Below are positions 1-8,068 of a stretch of DNA of 53,169 bases, piece after piece. The position numbers were made by a program, and so were the translations under genes. Below the pieces are notes generated by a model. It ran no database searches, was not told the DNA's origin, and was given only the letters and a program-made list of their open reading frames with translations. The DNA is from Candidatus Omnitrophica bacterium UBA6249 (GTDB taxonomy: Bacteria > Omnitrophota > Gorgyraeia > Gygaellales > Profunditerraquicolaceae). Positions within the stretch are counted from its first letter, which is position 1, and every line of letters begins with the position of its first letter. The stretch covers positions 2,328 to 55,496 of the forward strand of contig DJVT01000001.1 of assembly GCA_002441305.1 (NCBI GenBank), given 5' to 3'.

Positions 1-270
1 TTGAAGGGGAGTTCTCTTCAGTACGAGAGGACCTAGAGAAACGAACCTATGGTGTTCCGGTTGTCCTGCCAAGGGCAAGGGCCGGGTAGCTATGTTCGGA
101 AGGGATAAGCGCTGAAAGCATCTAAGTGCCAAGCCCACCCCAAGAATTGATATCCCTGAGCCGCAAGGCTCTGAAGGCCGGTCGTAGACTACGACCTTGA
201 TAGGCGTAAAGTGTAAGATCCGTAAGGATTTCAGCTAATACGTACTAATCGGCCAACCGGCTTGTCCTTA
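1..270 (+). rRNA. rrl: 23S rRNA, 3'-terminal ~270 nt (gene begins upstream of window)
   Basis: Conserved domain VI strings read directly: AGTACGAGAGGACC at 20-33 (sarcin-ricin loop) and GCTGAAAGCATCTAAG at 111-126. 3' end placed by analogy with the E. coli 23S terminus (+/-10 nt). Confidence 0.9.
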
Positions 271-348
271 TTTTTATTCCACTTGAGTTTATTTGGATAA
301 GTAGTTTTTCCCATGGAAACAGAATCTGTGTGTAGTTGTTAACGCTTT

Positions 349-462
349 GGAGTACTTTTACCGAGGGGGAAACACCCGTTCCCATTCCGAATACGGCCGT
401 TAAGCCCCTCAGGGCCGATGGTAGTTTAGTCGTAAGGCTATGCGAGAGTAGGTCGGTGCTCC
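349..462 (+). rRNA. rrf: 5S rRNA
   Basis: ~114 nt with 5S hallmarks CCCATTCCGAA, GCCGATGGTAG and ATGCGAGAGTAGG. 5' GGAGTAC pairs with 3' GTGCTCC (helix I). Lies ~80 nt after the 23S end. Confidence 0.85.
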
Positions 463-471
463 TTTAATTAA

Positions 472-510
472 AATCCCGCTATTCATTAAGTTGAGTAGCG
501 GGATTTTTTT
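472..510 (+). terminator. Intrinsic terminator of the rRNA operon
   Basis: ATCCCGCTA / TAGCGGGAT 9-bp stem followed by a T7 run directly after 5S. Confidence 0.8.
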
Positions 511-528
511 ATTTCAAGGCGTTGCACT

Positions 529-538
529 TTATTGGAAT
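529..538 (+). repeat. Left copy of 10-bp direct repeat TTATTGGAAT bracketing the AT-rich island
   Basis: Exact 10-mer also at 4500-4509. The pair coincides with the compositional boundaries. Confidence 0.3.
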
Positions 539-563
539 ATCCTATATTGGATTATCTTTTTAG

Positions 564-591
564 TTGACATCATGTTTCGGTAAGCTAAAAT
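564..591 (+). promoter_or_regulatory. Sigma70-like promoter for the island genes
   Basis: TTGACA (564-569), 16-nt spacer, TAAAAT (586-591), ~100 nt upstream of the HD gene ATG. Confidence 0.4.
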
Positions 592-689
592 AAAATCAGC
601 AATTTATTATATTTACTCCAAGCGTCGCAACCTGAGGGACGGTTTCTGGGAAATAGAGGCCGCCCTTTTTTATTTTAAAAGGAGGATAT

Positions 690-1886
690 ATGCTAAGAAA
701 GCCATTGTTGTTAAAGATTTATGAAATGGCTAATATGCAACGTTGGAATGACAAAATAAGGCCAGTAGAGTTGCGCGAATTAGATAAGCAGGCGCACAAA
801 ATGATTATCGCCTATGTCTTAGGTAAATTTGAAGAAAATAAAAAAGTAGGATTTAGCTGGGCTGAGATTATTGAGGGTGGGATATTTCAGTTCTTCCACC
901 GACTAATACTTACCGATTTAAAACCTCAATTAGTTCTTAAAATAAAGGAGAATCCAGTTAAGTATAAAGAGTTGAACGATTGGGTGTATAAACAAGTCGA
1001 GTGTTATTTTCAGCCAGTAGGGGATGATTTTTGTAAACGGTTTCAGAATTTTCTTGATAATCTTCCTGCTCCTAAGAATAATATTAATACTAGTATTTTG
1101 CATGCAGCTCATTTTTACGCGACTAAATGGGAATTTAATATTATCGAGCGCACTAATCCAGAGGGTTATGAGATACCTGAAATAAGAAAACGGCTCCAAG
1201 ATGAACTTGAAAAGAATTATAGTTTAGGCGGAATAACTTATTTAGCCTTGTATTCTAAATTACGCAATTTTATTGATTTATGTGGTGAGCTTAGATTTCA
1301 GATACGATGGGGGCATTTGCATAGGATTCCTAAAACTTCTGTAATTGGCCACATGCTAATAGTAGCAATATTGACTTACTTTTTTTCTCTAGAAATGAAA
1401 GCATGTGAAAAAAGAAGGGTGAATAATTTTTTTACTGCTTTATTTCATGATTTACCTGAAGTGCTGACTAGAGATGTGATTAATCCCGTGAAAAAGTCAG
1501 TTCCTGGACTCGATGAAATAATAAAAAGCTATGAAAAAAGCGAAATGGAGAAAATATATAATTTAATTCCAGCAGAATGGCATAATGAAATAAAGGTTTT
1601 TACTGAAAATGAATTTAGCAGTATTGTAAAAGTAAGAGAGGAAATTCGGGAAATCGGGTCGAGTGAGATTAGTAAAAAATATAACGATGATTCGTTTTGC
1701 CCTCGCGATGGAGAAATAGTTAAGGCTTCTGATGATCTGGCCGCGTTTTTAGAAGCCTACTTAGCTTTAAAGAATGGTGTAAATAATGTTCAATTGGTAG
1801 ATGCCAAAAACGTATTAAAAGAAAAATATAAGAGCAAGATTATTTCAAATATTAAATTTGGCGATATATATGCGGATTTTGATTAA
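690..1886 (+). CDS. HD-domain phosphohydrolase, tandem YfbR-like (5'-deoxynucleotidase-like) modules
   Basis: AGGAGG 8 nt upstream of the ATG. C-terminal module has RW..H...SVIGHML...LFHDLPEVLTRDVINPVKK, matching the YfbR-type H...HD...D pattern. N-terminal module repeats the pattern but has HR in place of HD (FFHRLILTDLKP). Confidence 0.7.
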   Translation: MLRKPLLLKIYEMANMQRWNDKIRPVELRELDKQAHKMIIAYVLGKFEENKKVGFSWAEIIEGGIFQFFHRLILTDLKPQLVLKIKENPVKYKELNDWVYKQVECYFQPVGDDFCKRFQNFLDNLPAPKNNINTSILHAAHFYATKWEFNIIERTNPEGYEIPEIRKRLQDELEKNYSLGGITYLALYSKLRNFIDLCGELRFQIRWGHLHRIPKTSVIGHMLIVAILTYFFSLEMKACEKRRVNNFFTALFHDLPEVLTRDVINPVKKSVPGLDEIIKSYEKSEMEKIYNLIPAEWHNEIKVFTENEFSSIVKVREEIREIGSSEISKKYNDDSFCPRDGEIVKASDDLAAFLEAYLALKNGVNNVQLVDAKNVLKEKYKSKIISNIKFGDIYADFD

Positions 1887-1982
1887 AGTTATATGGCTGA
1901 AGTTAATTACTAGTTAACTACTAAATAATGGGTGGAGGTATTTGAAAACTGGTATTTTGTAATTTATTGAAGAGGAGAGAGT

Positions 1983-2543
1983 ATGAATATCTTATTGAAT
2001 ATTTGGAATTGGTTTAAGTTTAACGATTTGCCTAATTGGATCGTAGTAATTTTTAGTATTGTAGTTTGGCCAATAGCATTATTTTTATGGAATAAGCGAA
2101 CAGTGGGGGCGGTCAGAAATTTGCAAGTTGTTGTTACCCCGGCAGGTGGGGTTATCCCCACGGGAGAGCAGTGTCCATATTTAGTACTAAAATTTAATAA
2201 CAATACTGGAGAAGTTGTTTATTTATCAAATTTAGCGATTAAAGTAAGCTACATAGTGAAAGCGCATCCTAATGCGGATAAAGATATTTCGACTGGAAAC
2301 CATGTTTTAAAATTTGCTCTTAAGGATGGTGATAATTTTGATAAGTTGCAAGCTACTATTAATACAGGAGAAAAGGTAACAACAGGTTTGCCACTATCAA
2401 ACGCTTATTCCTCGGCCGAAGTTGTAGAGCTGATGAATCAGATGGGGAGCCATAGGAGAAATTGTTTAATATCAAAATTTTTTATATTACGTTTTGATTG
2501 CATGATTGGTAGAGAGTTAAAGCGAGTTAAGTTTAAATTTTAA
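1983..2543 (+). CDS. Single-pass membrane protein, unassigned beta-rich C-terminal domain
   Basis: GAGGAGAG RBS. N-terminal hydrophobic helix WIVVIFSIVVWPIALFLW. No recognisable motif in the remaining ~150 aa. Confidence 0.6.
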   Translation: MNILLNIWNWFKFNDLPNWIVVIFSIVVWPIALFLWNKRTVGAVRNLQVVVTPAGGVIPTGEQCPYLVLKFNNNTGEVVYLSNLAIKVSYIVKAHPNADKDISTGNHVLKFALKDGDNFDKLQATINTGEKVTTGLPLSNAYSSAEVVELMNQMGSHRRNCLISKFFILRFDCMIGRELKRVKFKF

Positions 2544-2602
2544 AATAAATTTCGGTTACGTATTGCTAATTATATATAAATATTATGTTCCTATTTTATT
2601 AA

Positions 2603-4042
2603 ATGAAAAATCCTAAGGTATTTATATCGTATAGCTGGTCTTCGAAGAGCCATTGTGATTGTATTCGTTCGTATGCGGAACGTCTTATAAACGATGGAGT
2701 GGATGTTATTCTTGATCAGTGGGTTCTATCTGAAGGACAAGATAAATATGCTTTTATGGAAAAGATGGTTACTGATAACGATGTAACGCACGTGTTAATT
2801 TTCTCTGATCAACAATATGCGAATAAAGCAGATAGCAGAGAGTCTGGAGTTGGAACGGAATCTCAGATTATTTCTAAAGAAATTTACGATAAGGTTAGTC
2901 AAAATAAATTCATACCTATTATTTGCGAAAAAAATGAAAATGGAGAACCTTATTTGCCGGTATTTCTTAGATCTCGTATTTGGATCGATTTTAGTTCTCC
3001 AGAAGTAGCAAATGATAATTGGGAAAAACTGTTACGGCTTCTTTATAATAAACCCATGCATGAGAAACCATTATTAGGTAAACCGCCCTCTTTCTTAAGC
3101 AGTACAGAAACCCGACCATCATTGCCGACTATAGGCAAGTTTAATACTCTACGTGATGCGTTATTAAATTCTAAACCGACAATTAATTTTTGCAGAAAAG
3201 ATTTTATTGACTCGGTTATTGAATTTATAGATTCTTCAAGAATCCGTAAGGCCCCTGAAGTTGAACATAGAGATGAGAAGGTTATAGAAGATTTGCATAA
3301 ATTACTTCCAATCCGTGATCAGGTAATTGATTGGTTTTTAATTGAATCAAGTTTTGCACAATTGCCAAAATTTGATAGCATGCTCATAGATTTTTTAGAA
3401 AGGCTTCTTTCTTTAAAATATAGGCCTGAAGAAGTAACGAGGTGGGAGACCTGGTGGTATGATGCGCAGAATATCTTTATATATGAGATATTCCTTTATT
3501 TTATTGCAGTTTTAATTAAAGAAGATAGATTTGAGAGCTTGAAGAACATATTTACTACTCGTTTTTTACTTCATGATTCAGAGGTTCGAAGCGGGAATGA
3601 ATTTGTTGATTATTCTAATTTTTACGGTTATTCAGAAGCGCTTAATGGGTATAGGAAAAAGCGTTTAAATCTTAATCGTATTAGCGTTGTAGCGGATATC
3701 GTTAAAGATAGGGCAACGCGTAATGATATTAAATTTGATGATTTGATGCAGGCAGAATTATTGTTAGTACTTGTTTCTTTGCTTTCAGTCAATTATCTTT
3801 GGTATCCTAATATAATAATATATGCTGATTATAGACGATTTCCTTTTTTTATTCGTTCTGCCCAGCATAAATATTTTAGAAAAATAGCAATTGTTACTGG
3901 CGCCGAAACTGGTGATATACTCCGTGCAAGATTTACAGAAGGATGTGAGAGGCATGCTGTAAAAAGTTGGCAAGTTTTATTTTATGCACACATTTCTTTG
4001 CCCAACTTAATGAATATGAAAGAACTAGATACAATTAATTAA
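2603..4042 (+). CDS. SEFIR/TIR-like domain protein with ~330-aa unassigned C-terminal domain
   Basis: N-terminus KVFISYSWSS..H...I.SYAERLINDGVDVILDQW....G.DKYAFMEKMV...THVLIFSDQQY...GVGTESQII matches the SEFIR/TIR_2 beta-alpha pattern. The rest is helical with no motif I recognise. Confidence 0.7.
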   Translation: MKNPKVFISYSWSSKSHCDCIRSYAERLINDGVDVILDQWVLSEGQDKYAFMEKMVTDNDVTHVLIFSDQQYANKADSRESGVGTESQIISKEIYDKVSQNKFIPIICEKNENGEPYLPVFLRSRIWIDFSSPEVANDNWEKLLRLLYNKPMHEKPLLGKPPSFLSSTETRPSLPTIGKFNTLRDALLNSKPTINFCRKDFIDSVIEFIDSSRIRKAPEVEHRDEKVIEDLHKLLPIRDQVIDWFLIESSFAQLPKFDSMLIDFLERLLSLKYRPEEVTRWETWWYDAQNIFIYEIFLYFIAVLIKEDRFESLKNIFTTRFLLHDSEVRSGNEFVDYSNFYGYSEALNGYRKKRLNLNRISVVADIVKDRATRNDIKFDDLMQAELLLVLVSLLSVNYLWYPNIIIYADYRRFPFFIRSAQHKYFRKIAIVTGAETGDILRARFTEGCERHAVKSWQVLFYAHISLPNLMNMKELDTIN

Positions 4043-4269
4043 ACTTAAGAATAATAATTTTCTATTTAAATTAGATAGTGTATTTAATCAAGAGTTTTAT
4101 TTAAGTCAGGGACATTTTCAAATTCAATTTTACCGGATTTTTTGGATTATAATAAATTTATGCTTTATTAAAGTTGTTACAGTTTACAGCTAAAATTTGG
4201 CTGATTGTTTCTTTTGAGCCTTTTAACCTAATCCTCAATATATCTGTGGGCAAAAACGGGAAGGTTACT

Positions 4270-4458
4270 ATGGAATCTAAAAATACCTGCATTTGTACCA
4301 CAATTCTTACTAGCATTGGAATCTTGCTATTTTTAGCTGCAGCTCTTGATATTTCTCCATTATCTGACAATCTGATTATATTTATTGCTTTAGCCTGTTT
4401 TATAGTTAGTGCGCTAATTAAGAAAATATCAAAAGGTATGAGTAGCTGTTGTAAATAA
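4270..4458 (+). CDS. Small two-helix membrane protein (62 aa), hypothetical
   Basis: GGGAAGG before the internal ATG. Two hydrophobic stretches (ILTSIGILLFLAAAL, LIIFIALACFIVSALI). Competes with a minus-strand ORF at 4158-4475. Confidence 0.4.
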   Translation: MESKNTCICTTILTSIGILLFLAAALDISPLSDNLIIFIALACFIVSALIKKISKGMSSCCK

Positions 4459-4499
4459 TCAATAAGGAGATACACCCCGCGCTAATTGGCCCCTGGCGC

Positions 4500-4509
4500 T
4501 TATTGGAAT
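4500..4509 (+). repeat. Right copy of TTATTGGAAT, in the loop of a 7-bp hairpin (CTGGCGC/GCGCCAG, 4493-4517)
   Basis: Exact match to 529-538. Lies at the AT-rich to GC-normal transition. Confidence 0.3.
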
Positions 4510-4575
4510 GGCGCCAGTGTGCGTTTGGTAGCGCAAATTGCGTGAGCGTCGTCTCCGTAGACGAGGAGGTGCCAC

Positions 4576-4854
4576 ATGTCTAAGTTCTTCATGTACGGCA
4601 AGTACACCAAGGATGCGCTGGCGGATATTTCAAAGGATAGGACGAGCAGGGCGTTGGAGGTAATTGCCAAGGCCGGCGGCAAGGTCAATTCCATGTACGC
4701 GCTTTTAGGCAAATATGATGTTGTGCTGATCGCGGATTTTCCCGGGGTTTCCGAGGTAATGAAGGCTTCGGTTGCTTTAAACAGGCTGACCGGTATTTCC
4801 TTCGTCAGTTTCCCGGCAATTTCAGTGGAGGAATTCGATAAGGTTATGGGGTAG
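4576..4854 (+). CDS. GYD domain-containing protein
   Basis: 92 aa with GKYD..L.ADFP...M.ASVAL...G pattern typical of the GYD family. GAGGAGG RBS. Confidence 0.75.
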   Translation: MSKFFMYGKYTKDALADISKDRTSRALEVIAKAGGKVNSMYALLGKYDVVLIADFPGVSEVMKASVALNRLTGISFVSFPAISVEEFDKVMG

Positions 4855-4878
4855 GGTTCCGCAGTTGATGGTTTTATA

Positions 4879-4909
4879 GGGCTCAAGATGTATATCTTGA
4901 GCCCTTTTT
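4879..4909 (+). terminator. Intrinsic terminator
   Basis: GGGCTCAAGAT / ATCTTGAGCCC 11-bp stem, 4-nt loop, T5 run. Confidence 0.85.
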
Positions 4910-5000
4910 CTTTGGTTATCTTGATTTGTCAGATAAAAAATTGTGCTTGTTATTATCTTATAGTTATATAATATAGGGATAGAAAGGACGGTTTATTCAT

Positions 5001-5858
5001 ATGAAGAAAACATTTAGGATAATAGGGATTTTGGCTGTTTGTATAGCTGTTGCCTGGTTTATTTATGCACGTGCAGGCAATAACAGGGTCGCCGTTTCTA
5101 AAGACGGCACAAAGATCGTTTATTCCGTCTACGGCAAGGGTGAGCCTGCCCTGGTGTTCATACACGGCTGGTGCGGCAGCCGCGCTATTTGGGATAAGCA
5201 GGTGCCTTATTTTGCCAAGAAGTATAGGGTAATTACCTTAGACCTGGCAGGGCACGGTGCATCCGGGCGCAACAGGCAGGAGTACACCCAGGAGGCCTTT
5301 GGCGAGGATGTAGCTGCAGTGGTTGAGGCGGCAAAGGCGGATAAGTTAATCCTTATAGGCCATTCCATGTCGGGCACAATAATATTGGAGGCAAATAAGC
5401 TCATCAAGGATAAGGTAATCGGCCTTGTTGCGGTTGACACCCTGGAGAACTTTGAGTATGTGGCTACCCCGGAGGACAGGATAAAGTACATCGAGCCCCT
5501 GAAGGAGGATTTTGTAAAGAACTCAGGCCCGTTTATGCGGGAGATGTTTACCAAGGACGCTGACCCCAAGCTGGTTGAGACGGTGGTCAGGAACGTGGCC
5601 CGGTCAGATCCCAAGATCGCAGTTAATGTCATAGAGCACTATTTCGATACCCCGGTTATTCCGCTTTTGGCCGATGTGGATGTCCCTTTGTGGTGCCTGA
5701 ACGCCGACCTCTGGCCGGATTATCCGGAGATAAACATCAAGTATCTTAAGTCGTATCATTTAAGGGTAATGCCCGGCCTGGATCATTTCCTGATGGTCGA
5801 GGCGCCGGATGAGTTCAACCGGCAGTTGGATGATATAATCAAGCAGATTGCGAAATAG
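5001..5858 (+). CDS. Alpha/beta hydrolase with N-terminal membrane anchor or signal
   Basis: HGW oxyanion region, GHSMSG nucleophile elbow, C-terminal DH pair. Confidence 0.8.
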   Translation: MKKTFRIIGILAVCIAVAWFIYARAGNNRVAVSKDGTKIVYSVYGKGEPALVFIHGWCGSRAIWDKQVPYFAKKYRVITLDLAGHGASGRNRQEYTQEAFGEDVAAVVEAAKADKLILIGHSMSGTIILEANKLIKDKVIGLVAVDTLENFEYVATPEDRIKYIEPLKEDFVKNSGPFMREMFTKDADPKLVETVVRNVARSDPKIAVNVIEHYFDTPVIPLLADVDVPLWCLNADLWPDYPEINIKYLKSYHLRVMPGLDHFLMVEAPDEFNRQLDDIIKQIAK

Positions 5859-5874
5859 AGTATCGCCTTAAATT

Positions 5875-7266
5875 ATGGTTATTCTATTCCTTTTGATCGG
5901 CTTCCTGCTCGGCTATTTATTAGCCGTTTCCCTCCGCAAGAGGAAGCTTTCCTTTGTCCGGGAATTCCCGCAGGAGCATTCCTCCGGGCAGAAAACTTCG
6001 TATTTGGAGGATAAGATCTGGTATGAAACCGAGCTGGCCTTCTTGATTAAGTTCAACGAGAAGCTGATTTCGGCATTCGGCCTGCAGGATGCGGTGCGTT
6101 GCATAACCGAGGCCGCGCACAATTTCCTTTCTATTGAACGCACTGTTTTTCTTACCTGGGACAAGGATTCCGGGCAGTTCACCGTGGCTTGTGCCATGGG
6201 CTGGGGCCAGGGGTACAATCAAAAACCTTTTACGGTTGGCAAGGAGAGCATATCCGGGTTTGTGATGCATAACCGGGAGGCGCTTGTGGTTGCCGATTTG
6301 GCCGGAGAGCCGTATTTGAAGAAGCTCAACAAAGAGGAGTATTTGCAGAAGTCCTTCATCAGCGTCCCGGTTATCTATAAAAGCGATTTTTTAGGCGTGC
6401 TGCATGTGTGCGACAAGAAGGCCCCCGGCCCCTTTACCCAGAGGGAGGTCTCGGTACTGACGAATATTGTGCGCATAGGCGCAATCATCATGCAGAATGT
6501 CAGGCTGTACGAACAGGCCGTAAAGAGGGCGGAGGAGCTGAGGATAGCTTATGATGAGCTGAAAGAGATGCAGGATAAGCTGACCCAGCTGGAGAAGCTC
6601 AAGGCGATCGGGCAGCTGGCAAGCGGGGTCGCCCACGATATGAGGAACCCCCTGGGCATTATAATGCAGGGGATCTCCTACCTGGAACAGATTATGCCTC
6701 CTTCAGAAAAGGAACAGCTGGAGACTTTGTCCATGATCAAGGACAGCGCGCAGAGGGCGGACGGGATTGTAGTTTCCCTGCTGGATTTCTCCCGCGCCAC
6801 GAAGCTGGAGCTGCACCCTGAGGATATCGGCTCCATACTGGAGAGCTGCCTGAACCTGGTAAAGAGCGAGCTGAAACATATTGCGGTGGCCAGGGAGATA
6901 CAGAAAGGATTGCCCAAGGTTTCGGCGGACAAGAATAAGCTGATGCAGGTGTTCATCAACCTGTTCATAAACGCGGCGCATGCGATGCCCGGCAAAGGGG
7001 ACCTTGTCATACGCTGTTTCCTCAAGGACGAAGCAGGGGAAAAGTCCGTTGTCGTGGAGGTCGAGGATACCGGGGCGGGGATACCCGAGGAGGATTTAAA
7101 GAGGGTTTTCGACCCCTTCTTTACCACGAAGAGCTCCGGGAAGGGCACCGGGCTGGGGCTGTCAGTCAGCCAGAATATCATTAATTTACACAAGGGGTCA
7201 ATCGGGATAGAGAGCCGTGTCGGGAAGGGGACAAAGGTGATTGTGGCTTTGAAGGTCCCTAAATAG
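5875..7266 (+). CDS. GAF-sensor histidine kinase
   Basis: N-terminal TM, GAF-like region, H-box SGVAHDMRNPL, N-box NLFINAAHAM, G-boxes DTGAGIP and GTGLGLS. Confidence 0.9.
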   Translation: MVILFLLIGFLLGYLLAVSLRKRKLSFVREFPQEHSSGQKTSYLEDKIWYETELAFLIKFNEKLISAFGLQDAVRCITEAAHNFLSIERTVFLTWDKDSGQFTVACAMGWGQGYNQKPFTVGKESISGFVMHNREALVVADLAGEPYLKKLNKEEYLQKSFISVPVIYKSDFLGVLHVCDKKAPGPFTQREVSVLTNIVRIGAIIMQNVRLYEQAVKRAEELRIAYDELKEMQDKLTQLEKLKAIGQLASGVAHDMRNPLGIIMQGISYLEQIMPPSEKEQLETLSMIKDSAQRADGIVVSLLDFSRATKLELHPEDIGSILESCLNLVKSELKHIAVAREIQKGLPKVSADKNKLMQVFINLFINAAHAMPGKGDLVIRCFLKDEAGEKSVVVEVEDTGAGIPEEDLKRVFDPFFTTKSSGKGTGLGLSVSQNIINLHKGSIGIESRVGKGTKVIVALKVPK

Positions 7267-7274
7267 GAGGAGAG

Positions 7275-7646
7275 ATGGGGAAGAAGAAGATATTGATTAT
7301 CGATGACGAGGAGAATTTCTGCAACCTGGTAAAGAAGAATGTGGAGAGGACAGGCGAGTTCGAGGTATGTACTGCGACAAACGGGGACGACGGCGTCAGG
7401 ATGATCAAGGAGATAAAGCCGGACCTGATACTGCTCGATATAGTAATGCCGGGCCTGGACGGCGGGGATGTAGTCTCCATGATAAGAGAGGATGAGACCA
7501 TTAAGGATACTCCTATTGTATTCCTCACTTCATTGGTAAGGAAGGACGAGGCCGGCGTAGGTTTTACCAAAGGGTATTCGCTTCTGGCAAAAACGGTAAC
7601 CTTGGGAGAGCTGATAAGCTGCATTAAAGAGAATGTAAGGGCTTAA
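7275..7646 (+). CDS. Response regulator, receiver domain only
   Basis: ILIIDDE...DLILLDIVMPGLDG...K signature; 123 aa with no output domain. Confidence 0.9.
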   Translation: MGKKKILIIDDEENFCNLVKKNVERTGEFEVCTATNGDDGVRMIKEIKPDLILLDIVMPGLDGGDVVSMIREDETIKDTPIVFLTSLVRKDEAGVGFTKGYSLLAKTVTLGELISCIKENVRA

Positions 7647-7673
7647 GCCGGGGAATAGAAAGGGCTGAATAAT

Positions 7674-8060
7674 ATGAGAAACAGGTATATTTTGCTGGTG
7701 GCAGGTTTTTTGTTCCTTTGCGGCTGCGCGCGCATATCAAGCCCCGGCGGCGTTATGACCTTGAAGGAGCTGCAGGATAACCAGAAACAGATGCAGGCGC
7801 AGTTAAGTAAAGAGGAGATGCTGTATGAGAGGCTAAAGGCCGATTTGTCCAGCGGCAGGCTCAAAAAGGCGGGCGCGCTGAAAAACAGTATTTTCAAGGT
7901 CTACGGTGAGCCTGCCTTATGCAGGCCAGCCGAAGGGCAAGAGGCGTGCGATGAGGTGTGCATTTACCGCAGGCAGACAGGCGGCGGGATGTTTGGAGAG
8001 ATAATGCTGCTTAATTTTGACAGCCGGGGCAGGCTGGTTTCCTGGCAGGGCCAGGATTAA
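7674..8060 (+). CDS. Lipoprotein, hypothetical
   Basis: Lipobox FLFLCGC near the N-terminus. Confidence 0.6.
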   Translation: MRNRYILLVAGFLFLCGCARISSPGGVMTLKELQDNQKQMQAQLSKEEMLYERLKADLSSGRLKKAGALKNSIFKVYGEPALCRPAEGQEACDEVCIYRRQTGGGMFGEIMLLNFDSRGRLVSWQGQD

Positions 8061-8068
8061 GGAGAGGA

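Larger units (their letters stand above)
465..4475. other. AT-rich genomic island (4 same-strand genes) between the rrn terminator and core genes
   Basis: Abrupt composition change. Spot counts give 15/60 G+C at 2581-2640 versus 37/60 at 5281-5340. No integrase or transposase. Bracketed by TTATTGGAAT copies at 529-538 and 4500-4509. Confidence 0.6.

Noticed and set aside
4158-4475. 105-aa minus-strand ORF in the AT-rich island
   Set aside because: It competes with the plus-strand 62-aa two-TM ORF, which has an RBS-like GGGAAGG and matches the orientation of the island. Neither is strongly supported, and I kept the plus-strand call at low confidence.
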